DNA of 64,000 nucleotides from Lingula anatina (Eukaryota; Animalia; Brachiopoda), in NCBI GenBank assembly GCA_051362555.1, contig CM120641.1, positions 22,754,001 to 22,818,000 of the forward strand, in the 5' to 3' direction. The notes under the pieces are model-generated. The model was given only the letters and a program-made list of their open reading frames with translations, ran no database searches and was not told the origin of the DNA. Positions 49,601 through 64,000 of this stretch are shown here, piece after piece. Each line of letters starts with the position of its first letter. The first letter of the stretch is position 1. The position numbers and the translations under genes were made by a program.

Positions 49601-52600
49601 TCACTCAAAATCACCCAAAAATGACCCGTCAAAAATTTTTCCAAAAAGTGATGAAAATCAATTTACCACACCTGACATTCATAAAAAATGTGGAAACGCG
49701 CCCGGGTCACTTCATTAAAGCCCCCAATTTCAGCTTTAAAGATTGCCAGAAAGCACACCTGAGAACAGGATTTGGAGAGGGGGGGGGTGGAGAGAGTTTT
49801 TGCTCTATTTCTTCCTTAATAATGATACAACCACTCTTCCAGTACTTTATCCTCACTACAAATGACCAAACACACCTACCTGACACAATATTGAAGAAAA
49901 AAATTTTTCATCCCTACCTGGCCAAAATTGAAGAAAACTGCCATATCCGGACCTTACGAAAATCACTCAAAATCACCCAAAAATGACCCGTCAAAAATTT
50001 TTCCAAAAAGTGATGAAAATCAATTTACCACACCTGACATTCATAAAAAATGTGGAAACGCGCCCGGGTCACTTCATTAAAGCCCCCAATTTCAGCTTTA
50101 AAGATTGCCAGAAAACACACCTGAGAACAGGATTTGGAGAGGGGGGGGGGGGTGGAGAGAGTTTTTGCTCTATTTCTTCCTTAATAATGATACAACCACT
50201 CTTCCAGTACTTTATCCTCACTACAAATGACCAAACACACCTACCTGACACAATATTGAAGAAAAAAATTTTTCAACCCTACCTGGCCAAAATTGAAGAA
50301 AACTGCCATATCCGGACCTTACGAAAATCACTCAAAATCACCCAAAAATGACCCGTCAAAAATTTTTCCAAAAAGTGATGAAAATCAATTTACCACACCT
50401 GACATTCATAAAAAATGTGGAAACGCGCCCGGGTCACTTCATTAAAGCCCCCAATTTCAGCTTTAAAGATTGCCAGAAAACACACCTGAGAACAGGATTT
50501 GGAGAGGGGGGGGGGGGGTGGAGAGAGTTTTTGCTCTATTTCTTCCTTAATAATGATACAACCACTCTTCCAGTACTTTATCCTCACTACAAATGACCAA
50601 ACACACCTACCTGACACAATATTGAAGAAAAAAATTTTTCATCCCTACCTGGCCAAAATTGAAGAAAACTGCCATATCCGGACCTTACGAAAATCACTCA
50701 AAATCACCCAAAAATGACCCGTCAAAAATTTTTCCAAAAAGTGATGAAAATCAATTTACCACACCTGACATTCATAAAAAATGTGGAAACGCGCCCGGGT
50801 CACTTCATTAAAGACCCCAATTTCAGCTTTAAAGATTGCCAGAAAGCACACCTGAGAACAGGATTTGGAGAGGGGGGGGGGGGTGGAGAGAGTTTTTGCT
50901 CTATTTCTTCCTTAATAATGATACAACCACTCTTCCAGTACTTTATCCTCACTACAAATGACCAAACACACCTACCTGACACAATATTGAAGAAAAAAAT
51001 TTTTCATCCCTACCTGGCCAAAATTGAAGAAAACTGCCATATCCGGACCTTACGAAAATCACTCAAAATCACCCAAAAATGACCCGTCAAAAATTTTTCC
51101 AAAAATGATGAAAATCAATTTACCACACCTGACATTCATAAAAAATGTGGAAACGCGCCCGGGTCACTTCATTAAAGCCCCCAATTTCAGCTTTAAAGAT
51201 TGCCAGAAAGCACACCTGAGAACAGGATTTGGAGAAAGGGGGGGCGGAGAGAGTTTTTGCTCTATTTCTTCCTTAATAATGATACAACCACTCTTCCAGT
51301 ACTTTATCCTCACTACAAATGACCAAACACACCTACCTGACACAATATTGAAGAAAAAAATTTTTCATCCCTACCTGGCCAAAATTGAAGAAAACTGCCA
51401 TATCCGGACCTTACGAAAATCACTCAAAATCACCCAAAAATGACCCGTCAAAAATTTTTCCAAAAAGTGATGAAAATCAATTTACCACACCTGACATTCA
51501 TAAAAAATGTGGAAACGCACCCGGGTCACTTCATTAAAGCCCCCAATTTCAGCTTTAAAGATTGCCAGAAAGCACACCTGAGAACAGGATTTGGAGAGGG
51601 GGGGGGGGTGGAGAGAGTTTTTGCTCTATTTCTTCCTTAATAATGATACAACCACTCTTCCAGTACTTTATCCTCACTACAAATGACCAAACACACCTAC
51701 CTGACACAATATTGAAGAAAAAAATTTTTCATCCCTACCTGGCCAAAATTGAAGAAAACTGCCATATCCGAACCTTACGAAAATCACTCAAAATCACCCA
51801 AAAATGACCCGTCAAAAATTTTTCCAAAAAGTGATGAAAATCAATTTACCACACCTGACATTCATAAAAAATGTGGAAACGCGCCCGGGTCACTTCATTA
51901 AAGCCCCCAATTTCAGCTTTAAAGATTGCCAGAAAGCACACCTGAGAACAGGATTTGGAGAGGGGGGGGTGGAGAGAGTTTTTGCTCTATTTCTTCCTTA
52001 ATAATGATACAACCACTCTTCCAGTACTTTATCCTCACTACAAATGACCAAACACACCTACCTGACACAATATTGAAGAAAAAAATTTTTCATCCCTACC
52101 TGGCCAAAATTGAAGAAAACTGCCATATCCGGACCTTACGAAAATCACTCAAAATCACCCAAAAATGACCCGTCAAAAATTTTTCCAAAAAGTGATGAAA
52201 ATCAATTTACCACACCTGACATTCATAAAAAATGTGGAAACGCGCCCGGGTCACTTCATTAAAGCCCCCAATTTCAGCTTTAAAGATTGCCAGAAAACAC
52301 ACCTGAGAACAGGATTTGGAGAGGGGGGGTGGAGAGAGTTTTTGCTCTATTTCTTCCTTAATAATGATACAACCACTCTTCCAGTACTTTATCCTCACTA
52401 CAAATGACCAAACACACCTACCTGACACAATATTGAAGAAAAAAATTTTTCATCCCTACCTGGCCAAAATTGAAGAAAACTGCCATATCCGGACCTTACG
52501 AAAATCACTCAAAATCACCCAAAAATGACCCGTCAAAAATTTTTCCAAAAAGTGATGAAAATCAATTTACCACACCTGACATTCATAAAAAATGTGGAAA

Positions 52601-55600
52601 CGCGCCCGGGTCACTTCATTAAAGCCCCCAATTTCAGCTTTAAAGATTGCCAGAAAGCACACCTGAGAACAGGATTTGGAGAGGGGGGGTGGAGAGAGGT
52701 TTTGCTCTATTTCTTCCTTAATAATGATACAACCACTCTTCCAGTACTTTATCCTCACTACAAATGACCAAACACACCTACCTGACACAATATTGAAGAA
52801 AAAAATTTTTTCATCCCTACCTGGCCAAAATTGAAGAAAACTGCCATATCCGGACCTTACGAAAATCACTCAAAATCACCCAAAAATGACCCGTCAAAAA
52901 TTTTTCCAAAAAGTGATGAAAATCAATTTACCACACCTGACATTCATAAAAAATGTGGAAACGCGCCCGGGTCACTTCATTAAAGCCCCCAATTTCAGCT
53001 TTAAAGATTGCCAGAAAGCACACCTGAGAACAGGATTTGGAGAGGGGGGGTGGAGAGAGTTTTTGCTCTATTTCTTCCTTAATAATGATACAACCACTCT
53101 TCCAGTACTTTATCCTCACTACAAATGACCAAACACACCTACCTGACACAATATTGAAGAAAAAAATTTTTCATCCCTACCTGGCCAAAATTGAAGAAAA
53201 CTGCCATATCCGGACCTTACGAAAATCACTCAAAATCACCCAAAAATGACCAGTCAAAAATTTTTCCAAAAAGTGATGAAAATCAATTTACCACACCTGA
53301 CATTCATAAAAAATGTGGAAACGCGCCCGGGTCACTTCATTAAAGCCCCCAATTTCAGCTTTAAAGATTGCCAGAAAGCACACCTGAGAACAGGATTTGG
53401 AGAGGGGGGGTGGAGAGAGTTTTTGCTCTATTTCTTCCTTAATAATGATACAACCACTCTTCCAGTACTTTATCCTCACTACAAATGACCAAACACACCT
53501 ACCTGACACAATATTGAAGAAAAAAATTTTTCATCCCTACCTGGCCAAAATTGAAGAAAACTGCCATATCCGGACCTTACGAAAATCACTCAAAATCACC
53601 CAAAAATGACCCGTCAAAAATTTTTCCAAAAAGTGATGAAAATCAATTTACCACACCTGACATTCATAAAAAATGTGGAAACGCGCCCGGGTCACTTCAT
53701 TAAAGCCCCCAATTTCAGCTTTAAAGATTGCCAGAAAGCACACCTGAGAACAGGATTTGGAGAGGGGGGTGGGTGGAGAGAGTTTTTGCTCTATTTCTTC
53801 CTTAATAATGATACAACCACTCTTCCAGTACTTTATCCTCACTACAAATGACCAAACACACCTACCTGACACAATATTGAAGAAAAAAATTTTTCATCCC
53901 TACCTGGCCAAAATTGAAGAAAACTGCCATATCCGGACCTTACGAAAATCACTCAAAATCACCCAAAAATGACCCGTCAAAAATTTTTCCAAAAAGTGAT
54001 GAAAATCAATTTACCACACCTGACATTCATAAAAAATGTGGAAACGCGCCCGGGTCACTTCATTAAAGCCCCCAATTTCAGCTTTAAAGATTGCCAGAAA
54101 GCACACCTGAGAACAGGATTTGGAGAAAGGGGGGGCGGAGAGAGTTTTTGCTCTATTTCTTCCTTAATAATGATACAACCACTCTTCCAGTACTTTATCC
54201 TCACTACAAATGACCAAACACACCTACCTGACACAATATTGAAGAAAAAAATTTTTCATCCCTACCTGGCCAAAATTGAAGAAAACTGCCATATCCGGAC
54301 CTTACGAAAATCACTCAAAATCACCCAAAAATGACCAGTCAAAAATTTTTCCAAAAAGTGATGAAAATCAATTTACCACACCTGACATTCATAAAAAATG
54401 TGGAAACGCGCCCGGGTCACTTCATTAAAGCCCCCAATTTCAGCTTTAAAGATTGCCAGAAAGCACACCTGAGAACAGGATTTGGAGAGGGGGGGGGTGG
54501 AGAGAGTTTTTGCTCTATTTCTTCCTTAATAATGATACAACCACTCTTCCAGTACTTTATCCTCACTACAAATGACCAAACACACCTACCTGACACAATA
54601 TTGAAGAAAAAAATTTTTCATCCCTACCTGGCCAAAATTGAAGAAAACTGCCATATCCGGACCTTACGAAAATCACTCAAAATCACCCAAAAATGACCCG
54701 TCAAAAATTTTTCCAAAAAGTGATGAAAATCAATTTACCACACCTGACATTCATAAAAAATGTGGAAACGCGCCCGGGTCACTTCATTAAAGCCCCCAAT
54801 TTCAGCTTTAAAGATTGCCAGAAAGCACACCTGAGAACAGGATTTGGAGAAAGGGGGGGGCGGAGAGAGTTTTTGCTCTATTTCTTCCTTAATAATGATA
54901 CAACCACTCTTCCAGTACTTTATCCTCACTACAAATGACCAAACACACCTACCTGACACAATATTGAAGAAAAAAATTTTTCATCCCTACCTGGCCAAAA
55001 TTGAAGAAAACTGCCATATCCGGACCTTACGAAAATCACTCAAAATCACCCAAAAATGACCCGTCAAAAATTTTTCCAAAAAGTGATGAAAATCAATTTA
55101 CCACACCTGACATTCATAATAAATGTGGAAAAGCACCCGGGTCACTTCATTAAAGCCCCCAATTTCAGCTTTAAAGATTGCCAGAAAGCACACCTGAGAA
55201 CAGGATTTGGAGAGGGGGGGGTGGAGAGAGTTTTTGCTCTATTTCTTCCTTAATAATGATACAACCACTCTTCCAGTACTTTATCCTCACTACAAATGAC
55301 CAAACACACCTACCTGACACAATATTGAAGAAAAAAATTTTTCATCCCTACCTGGCCAAAATTGAAGAAAACTGCCATATCCGGACCTTACGAAAATCAC
55401 TCAAAATCACCCAAAAATGACCCGTCAAAAATTTTTCCAAAAAGTGATGAAAATCAATTTACCACACCTGACATTCATAAAAAATGTGGAAACGCGCCCG
55501 GGTCACTTCATTAAAGCCCCCAATTTCAGCTTTAAAGATTGCCAGAAAGCACACCTGAGAACAGGATTTGGAGAGGGGGGGGGTGGAGAGAGTTTTTGCT

Positions 55601-58600
55601 CTATTTCTTCCTTAATAATGATACAACCACTCTTCCAGTACTTTATCCTCACTACAAATGACCAAACACACCTACCTGACACAATATTGAAGAAAAAAAT
55701 TTTTCATCCCTACCTGGCCAAAATTGAAGAAAACTGCCATATCCGGACCTTACGAAAATCACTCAAAATCACCCAAAAATGACCCGTCAAAAATTTTTCC
55801 AAAAAGTGATGAAAATCAATTTACCACACCTGACATTCATAAAAAATGTGGAAACGCGCCCGGGTCACTTCATTAAAGCCCCCAATTTCAGCTTTAAAGA
55901 TTGCCAGAAAGCACACCTGAGAACAGGATTTGGAGAGGGGGGGGTGGAGAGAGTTTTTGCTCTATTTCTTCCTTAATAATGATACAACCACTCTTCCAGT
56001 ACTTTATCCTCACTACAAATGACCAAACACACCTACCTGACACAATATTGAAGAAAAAAATTTTTCATCCCTACCTGGCCAAAATTGAAGAAAACTGCCA
56101 TATCCGGATCTTACGAAAATCACTCAAAATCACCCAAAAATGACCCGTCAAAAATTTTTCCAAAAAGTGATGAAAATCAATTTACCACACCTGACATTCA
56201 TAAAAAATGTGGAAACGCGCCCGGGTCACTTCATTAAAGCCCCCAATTTCAGCTTTAAAGATTGCCAGAAAGCACACCTGAGAACAGAATTTGGAGAGGG
56301 GGGGGGTGGAGAGAGTTTTTGCTCTATTTCTTCCTTAATAATGATACAACCACTCTTCCAGTACTTTATCCTCACTACAAATGACCAAACACACCTACCT
56401 GACACAATATTGAAGAAAAAAATTTTTCATCCCTACCTGGCCAAAATTGAAGAAAACTGCCATATCCGGACCTTACGAAAATCACTCAAAATCACCCAAA
56501 AATGACCCGTCAAAAATTTTTCCAAAAAGTGATGAAAATCAATTTACCACACCTGACATTCATAAAAAATGTGGAAACGCGCCCGGGTCACTTCATTAAA
56601 GCCCCCAATTTCAGCTTTAAAGATTGCCAGAAAGCACACCTGAGAACAGGATTTGGAGAGGGGGGTGGGTGGAGAGAGTTTTTGCTCTATTTCTTCCTTA
56701 ATAATGATACAACCACTCTTCCAGTACTTTATCCTCACTACAAATGACCAAACACACCTACCTGACAAAATATTGAAGAAAAAAATTTTTCATCCCTACC
56801 TGGCCAAAATTGAAGAAAACTGCCATATCCGGACCTTACGAAAATCACTCAAAATCACCCAAAAATGACCCGTCAAAAATTTTTCCAAAAAGTGATGAAA
56901 ATCAATTTACCACACCTGACATTCATAAAAAATGTGGAAACGCGCCCGGGTCACTTCATTAAAGCCCCCAATTTCAGCTTTAAAGATTGCCAGAAAGCAC
57001 ACCTGAGAACAGGATTTGGAGAAAGGGGGGGCGGAGAGAGTTTTTGCTCTATTTCTTCCTTAATAATGATACAACCACTCTTCCAGTACTTTATCCTCAC
57101 TACAAATGACCAAACACACCTACCTGACACAATATTGAAGAAAAAAATTTTTCATCCCTACCTGGCCAAAATTGAAGAAAACTGCCATATCCGGACCTTA
57201 CGAAAATCACTCAAAATCACCCAAAAATGACCAGTCAAAAATTTTTCCAAAAAGTGATGAAAATCAATTTACCACACCTGACATTCATAAAAAATGTGGA
57301 AACGCGCCCGGGTCACTTCATTAAAGCCCCCAATTTCAGCTTTAAAGATTGCCAGAAAGCACACCTGAGAACAGGATTTGGAGAGGGGGGGGGTGGAGAG
57401 AGTTTTTGCTCTATTTCTTCCTTAATAATGATACAACCACTCTTCCAGTACTTTATCCTCACTACAAATGACCAAACACACCTACCTGACACAATATTGA
57501 AGAAAAAAATTTTTCATCCCTACCTGGCCAAAATTGAAGAAAACTGCCATATCCGGACCTTACGAAAATCACTCAAAATCACCCAAAAATGACCCGTCAA
57601 AAATTTTTCCAAAAAGTGATGAAAATCAATTTACCACACCTGACATTCATAAAAAATGTGGAAACGCGCCCGGGTCACTTCATTAAAGCCCCCAATTTCA
57701 GCTTTAAAGATTGCCAGAAAGCACACCTGAGAACAGGATTTGGAGAAAGGGGGGGGCGGAGAGAGTTTTTGCTCTATTTCTTCCTTAATAATGATACAAC
57801 CACTCTTCCAGTACTTTATCCTCACTACAAATGACCAAACACACCTACCTGACACAATATTGAAGAAAAAAATTTTTCATCCCTACCTGGCCAAAATTGA
57901 AGAAAACTGACATATCCGGACCTTACGAAAATCACTCAAAATCACCCAAAAATGACCCGTCAAAAATTTTTCCAAAAAGTGATGAAAATCAATTTACCAC
58001 ACCTGACATTCATAATAAATGTGGAAACGCACCCGGGTCACTTCATTAAAGCCCCCAATTTCAGCTTTAAAGATTGCCAGAAAGCACACCTGAGAACAGG
58101 ATTTGGAGAGGGGGGGGTGGAGAGAGTTTTTGCTCTATTTCTTCCTTAATAATGATACAACCACTCTTCCAGTACTTTATCCTCACTACAAATGACCAAA
58201 CACACCTACCTGACACAATATTGAAGAAAAAAATTTTTCATCCCTACCTGGCCAAAATTGAAGAAAACTGCCATATCCGGACCTTACGAAAATCACTCAA
58301 AATCACCCAAAAATGACCCGTCAAAAATTTTTCCAAAAAGTGATGAAAATCAATTTACCACACCTGACATTCATAAAAAATGTGGAAACGCGCCCGGGTC
58401 ACTTCATTAAAGCCCCCAATTTCAGCTTTAAAGATTGCCAGAAAGCACACCTGAGAACAGGATTTGGAGAGGGGGGGGGGTGGAGAGAGTTTTTGCTCTA
58501 TTTCTTCCTTAATAATGATACAACCACTCTTCCAGTACTTTATCCTCACTACAAATGACCAAACACACCTACCTGACACAATATTGAAGAAAAAAATTTT

Positions 58601-61600
58601 TCATCCCTACCTGGCCAAAATTGAAGAAAACTGCCATATCCGGACCTTACGAAAATCACTCAAAATCACCCAAAAATGACCCGTCAAAAATTTTTCCAAA
58701 AAGTGATGAAAATCAATTTACCACACCTGACATTCATAAAAAATGTGGAAACGTGCCCGGATCACTTCATTAAAGCCCCCAATTTCAGCTTTAAAGATTG
58801 CCAGAAAGCACACCTGAGAACAGGATTTGGAGAGGGGGGGGTGGAGAGAGTTTTTGCTCTATTTCTTCCTTAATAATGATACAACCACTCTTCCAGTACT
58901 TTATCCTCACTACAAATGACCAAACACACCTACCTGACACAATATTGAAGAAAACAATTTTTCATCCCTACCTGGCCAAAATTGAAGAAAACTGCCATAT
59001 CCGGACCTTACGAAAATCACTCAAAATCACCCAAAAATGACCCGTCAAAAATTTTTCCAAAAAGTGATGAAAATCAATTTACCACACCTGACATTCATAA
59101 AAAATGTGGAAACGCGCCCGGGTCACTTCATTAAAGCCCCCAATTTCAGCTTTAAAGATTGCCAGAAAGCACACCTGAGAACAGGATTTGGAGAGGGGGG
59201 GGGGTGGAGAGAGTTTTTGCTCTATTTCTTCCTTAATAATGATACAACCACTCTTCCAGTACTTTATCCTCACTACAAATGACCAAACACACCTACCTGA
59301 CACAATATTGAAGAAAAAAAATTTTCATCCCTACCTGGCCAAAATTGAAGAAAACTGCCATATCCGGACCTTACGAAAATCACTCAAAATCACCCAAAAA
59401 TGACCCGTCAAAAATTTTTCCAAAAAGTGATGAAAATCAATTTACCACACCTGACATTCATAAAAAATGTGGAAACGCGCCCGGGTCACTTCATTAAAGC
59501 CCCCAATTTCAGCTTTAAAGATTGCCAGAAAGCACACCTGAGAACAGGATTTGGAGAGGGGGGGGTGGAGAGAGTTTTTGCTCTATTTCTTCCTTAATAA
59601 TGATACAACCACTCTTCCAGTACTTTATCCTCACTACAAATGACCAAACACACCTACCTGACACAATATTGAAGAAAAAAATTTTTCATCCCTACCTGGC
59701 CAAAATTGAAGAAAACTGCCATATCCGGACCTTACGAAAATCACTCAAAATCACCCAAAAATGACCCGTCAAAAATTTTTCCAAAAAGTGATGAAAATCA
59801 ATTTACCACACCTGACATTCATAAAAAATGTGGAAACGCGCCCGGGTCACTTCATTAAAGCCCCCAATTTCAGCTTTAAAGATTGCCAGAAAGCACACCT
59901 GAGAACAGGATTTGGAGAGGGGGGGGTGGAGAGAGTTTTTGCTCTATTTCTTCCTTAATAATGATACAACCACTCTTCCAGTACTTTATCCTCACTACAA
60001 ATGACCAAACACACCTACCTGACACAATATTGAAGAAAAAATTTTTTCATCCCTACCTGGCCAAAATTGAAGAAAACTGCCATATCCGGACCTTACGAAA
60101 ATCACTCAAAATCACCCAAAAATGACCAGTCAAAAATTTTTCCAAAAAGTGATGAAAATCAATTTACCACACCTGACATTCATAAAAAATGTGGAAACGC
60201 GCCCGGGTCACTTCATTAAAGCCCCCAATTTCAGCTTTAAAGATTGCCAGAAAGCACACCTGAGAACAGGATTTGGAGAGGGGGGGGGTGGAGAGAGTTT
60301 TTGCTCTATTTCTTCCTTAATAATGATACAACCACTCTTCCAGTACTTTATCCTCACTACAAATGACCAAACACACCTACCTGACACAATATTGAAGAAA
60401 AAAATTTTTCATCCCTACCTGGCCAAAATTGAAGAAAACTGCCATATCCGGACCTTACGAAAATCACTCAAAATCACCCAAAAATGACCCGTCAAAAATT
60501 TTTCCAAAAAGTGATGAAAATCAATTTACCACACCTGACATTCATAAAAAATGTGGAAACGCGCCCGGGTCACTTCATTAAAGCCCCCAATTTCAGCTTT
60601 AAAGATTGCCAGAAAGCACACCTGAGAACAGGATTTGGAGAGGGGGGGGGGTGGAGAGAGTTTTTGCTCTATTTCTTCCTTAATAATGATACAACCACTC
60701 TTCCAGTACTTTATCCTCACTACAAATGACCAAACACACCTACCTGACACAATATTGAAGAAAACAATTTTTCATCCCTACCTGGCCAAAATTGAAGAAA
60801 ACTGCCATATCCGGACCTTACGAAAATCACTCAAAATCACCCAAAAATAACCCGTCAAAAATTTTTCCAAAAAGTGATGAAAATCAATTTACCACACCTG
60901 ACATTCATAAAAAATGTGGAAACGCGCCCGGGTCACTTCATTAAAGCCCCCAATTTCAGCTTTAAAGATTGCCAGAAAGCACACCTGAGAACAGGATTTG
61001 GAGAGGGGGGGGTGGAGAGAGTTTTTGCTCTATTTCTTCCTTAATAATGATACAACCACTCTTCCAGTACTTTATCCTCACTACAAATGACCAAACACAC
61101 CTACCTGACACAATATTGAAGAAAAAAATTTTTCATCCCTACCTGGCCAAAATTGAAGAAAACTGCCATATCCGGACCTTACGAAAATCACTCAAAATCA
61201 CCCAAAAATGACCCGTCAAAAATTTTTCCAAAAAGTGATGAAAATCAATTTACCACACCTGACATTCATAAAAAATGTGAAAACGCGCCCGGGTCACTTC
61301 ATTAAAGCCCCCAATTTCAGCTTTAAAGATTGCCAGAAAGCACACCTGAGAACAGGATTTGGAGAGGGGGGGGGGTGGAGAGAGTTTTTGCTCTATTTCT
61401 TCCTTAATAATGATACAACCACTCTTCCAGTACTTTATCCTCACTACAAATGACCAAACACACCTACCTGACACAATATTGAAGAAAACAATTTTTCATC
61501 CCTACCTGGCCAAAATTGAAGAAAACTGCCATATCCGGACCTTACGAAAATCACTCAAAATCACCCAAAAATAACCCGTCAAAAATTTTTCCAAAAAGTG

Positions 61601-64000
61601 ATGAAAATCAATTTACCACACCTGACATTCATAAAAAATGTGGAAACGCGCCCGGGTCACTTCATTAAAGCCCCCAATTTCAGCTTTAAAGATTGCCAGA
61701 AAGCACACCTGAGAACAGGATTTGGAGAGGGGGGGGTGGAGAGAGTTTTTGCTCTATTTCTTCCTTAATAATGATACAACCACTCTTCCAGTACTTTATC
61801 CTCACTACAAATGACCAAACACACCTACCTGACACAATATTGAAGAAAAAAATTTTTCATCCCTACCTGGCCAAAATTGAAGAAAACTGCCATATCCGGA
61901 CCTTACGAAAATCACTCAAAATCACCCAAAAATGACCCGTCAAAAATTTTTCCAAAAAGTGATGAAAATCAATTAACCACACCTGACATTCATAAAAAAT
62001 GTGGAAACGCGCCCGGGTCACTTCATTAAAGCCCCCAATTTCAGCTTTAAAGATTGCCAGAAAGCACACCTGAGAACAGGATTTGGAGAGGGGGGGGTGG
62101 AGAGAGTTTTTGCTCTATTTCTTCCTTAATAATGATACAACCACTCTTCCAGTACTTTATCCTCACTACAAATGACCAAACACACCTACCTGACACAATA
62201 TTGAAGAAAACAATTTTTCATCCCTACCTGGCCAAAATTGAAGAAAACTGCCATATCCGGACCTTACGAAAATCACTCAAAATCACCCAAAAATGACCCG
62301 TCAAAAATTTTTCCAAAAAGTGATGAAAATCAATTTACCACACCTGACATTCATAAAAAATGTGGAAACGCGCCCGGGTCACTTCATTAAAGCCCCCAAT
62401 TTCAGCTTTAAAGATTGCCAGAAAGCACACCTGAGAACAGGATTTGGAGAGGGGGGGGGGGTGGAGAGAGTTTTTGCTCTATTTCTTCCTTAATAATGAT
62501 ACAACCACTCTTCCAGTACTTTATCCTCACTACAAATGACCAAACACACCTACCTGACACAATATTGAAGAAAAAAAATTTTCATCCCTACCTGGCCAAA
62601 ATTGAAGAAAACTGCCATATCCGGACCTTACGAAAATCACTCAAAATCACCCAAAAATGACCCGTCAAAAATTTTTCCAAAAAGTGATGAAAATCAATTT
62701 ACCACACCTGACATTCATAAAAAATGTGGAAACGCGCCCGGGTCACTTCATTAAAGCCCCCAATTTCAGCTTTAAAGATTGCCAGAAAGCACACCTGAGA
62801 ACAGGATTTGGAGAGGGGGGGGTGGAGAGAGTTTTTGCTCTATTTCTTCCTTAATAATGATACAACCACTCTTCCAGTACTTTATCCTCACTACAAATGA
62901 CCAAACACACCTACCTGACACAATATTGAAGAAAAAAATTTTTCATCCCTACCTGGCCAAAATTGAAGAAAACTGCCATATCCGGACCTTACGAAAATCA
63001 CTCAAAATCACCCAAAAATGACCCGTCAAAAATTTTTCCAAAAAGTGATGAAAATCAATTTACCACACCTGACATTCATAAAAAATGTGGAAACGCGCCC
63101 GGGTCACTTCATTAAAGCCCCCAATTTCAGCTTTAAAGATTGCCAGAAAGCACACCTGAGAACAGGATTTGGAGAGGGGGGGGTGGAGAGAGTTTTTGCT
63201 CTATTTCTTCCTTAATAATGATACAACCACTCTTCCAGTACTTTATCCTCACTACAAATGACCAAACACACCTACCTGACACAATATTGAAGAAAAAAAT
63301 TTTTCATCCCTACCTGGCCAAAATTGAAGAAAACTGCCATATCCGGACCTTACGAAAATCACTCAAAATCACCCAAAAATGACCCGTCAAAAATTTTTCC
63401 AAAAAGTGATGAAAATCAATTTACCACACCTGACATTCATAAAAAATGTGGAAACGCGCCCGGGTCACTTCATTAAAGCCCCCAATTTCAGCTTTAAAGA
63501 TTGCCAGAAAGCACACCTGAGAACAGGATTTGGAGAGGGGGGGGTGGAGAGAGTTTTTGCTCTATTTCTTCCTTAATAATGATACAACCACTCTTCCAGT
63601 ACTTTATCCTCACTACAAATGACCAAACACACCTACCTGACACAATATTGAAGAAAACAATTTTTCATCCCTACCTGGCCAAAATTGAAGAAAACTGCCA
63701 TATCCGGACCTTACGAAAATCACTCAAAATCACCCAAAAATGACCAGTCAAAAATTTTTCCAAAAAGTGATGAAAATCAATTTACCACACCTGACATTCA
63801 TAAAAAATGTGGAAACGCGCCCGGGTCACTTCATTAAAGCCCCCAATTTCAGCTTTAAAGATTGCCAGAAAGCACACCTGAGAACAGGATTTGGAGAGGG
63901 GGGGGTGGAGAGAGTTTTTGCTCTATTTCTTCCTTAATAATGATACAACCACTCTTCCACTACTTTATCCTCACTACAAATGACCAAACACACCTACCTG
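37677..64000. repeat. Satellite domain B (CCCGGGT variant) with a 58-monomer, 20,999-bp super-period
   Basis: The variant order of 37677-43000 recurs at 58676-64000. Confidence 0.9.

Larger units (their letters stand above)
10203..64000. repeat. Satellite DNA array, about 362-bp monomer (360-369), about 148 head-to-tail copies, continuing past the window end
   Basis: Monomer starts recur every 360-369 bp (10823, 11184, 11546 ... 63740). Copies differ by a few SNPs, and length varies mainly in the GGAGAG(G)nTGGAGAGAG tract. No insertions or strand switches seen. Confidence 0.99.

Noticed and set aside
10430-63937. Hundreds of 60-139 aa ORFs (MTRQKFF..., MPESTPE..., MSGRCVW...) as a tandem gene family
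   Set aside because: All are translations of the same satellite monomer. Frames change with homopolymer length, and there is no domain, promoter spacing or sign of codon-level constraint.
10203-64000. CRISPR array or tandem 5S/tRNA/snRNA gene cluster
   Set aside because: There are no unique spacers and no cas genes, and I could not recognise any 5S, tRNA or snRNA sequence in the monomer.

Overview
AT-rich eukaryotic (animal-like) genomic DNA in two parts. (1) 1-10.2 kb holds a spliced, degenerate minus-strand gene with at least 9 exons: SET domain, then a 12-aa acidic repeat, an acidic/basic linker and a Myb/SANT-like C-terminus. It is interrupted by transposons: a 3.3-kb CCCAG-terminal EnSpm/CACTA-type element with a 2-bp TSD, which itself contains a Penelope GIY-YIG remnant and a minimal hammerhead-ribozyme motif; an 880-bp unclassified insertion; and two MITEs. 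(2) 10.2-64 kb is an uninterrupted head-to-tail satellite of about 148 monomers of about 362 bp that runs off the window end. It has a diverged left edge, two variant domains, an 18-monomer higher-order repeat (HOR) and a 58-monomer (21-kb) super-period. The array starts about 120 bp after a hairpin+TTGTTT motif resembling a Helentron/HINE 3' end and appears to lie in an intron of the SET gene. No intact protein-coding gene is supported, and the many ORFs in the array are repeat artefacts. All calls were made by eye, without database searches.
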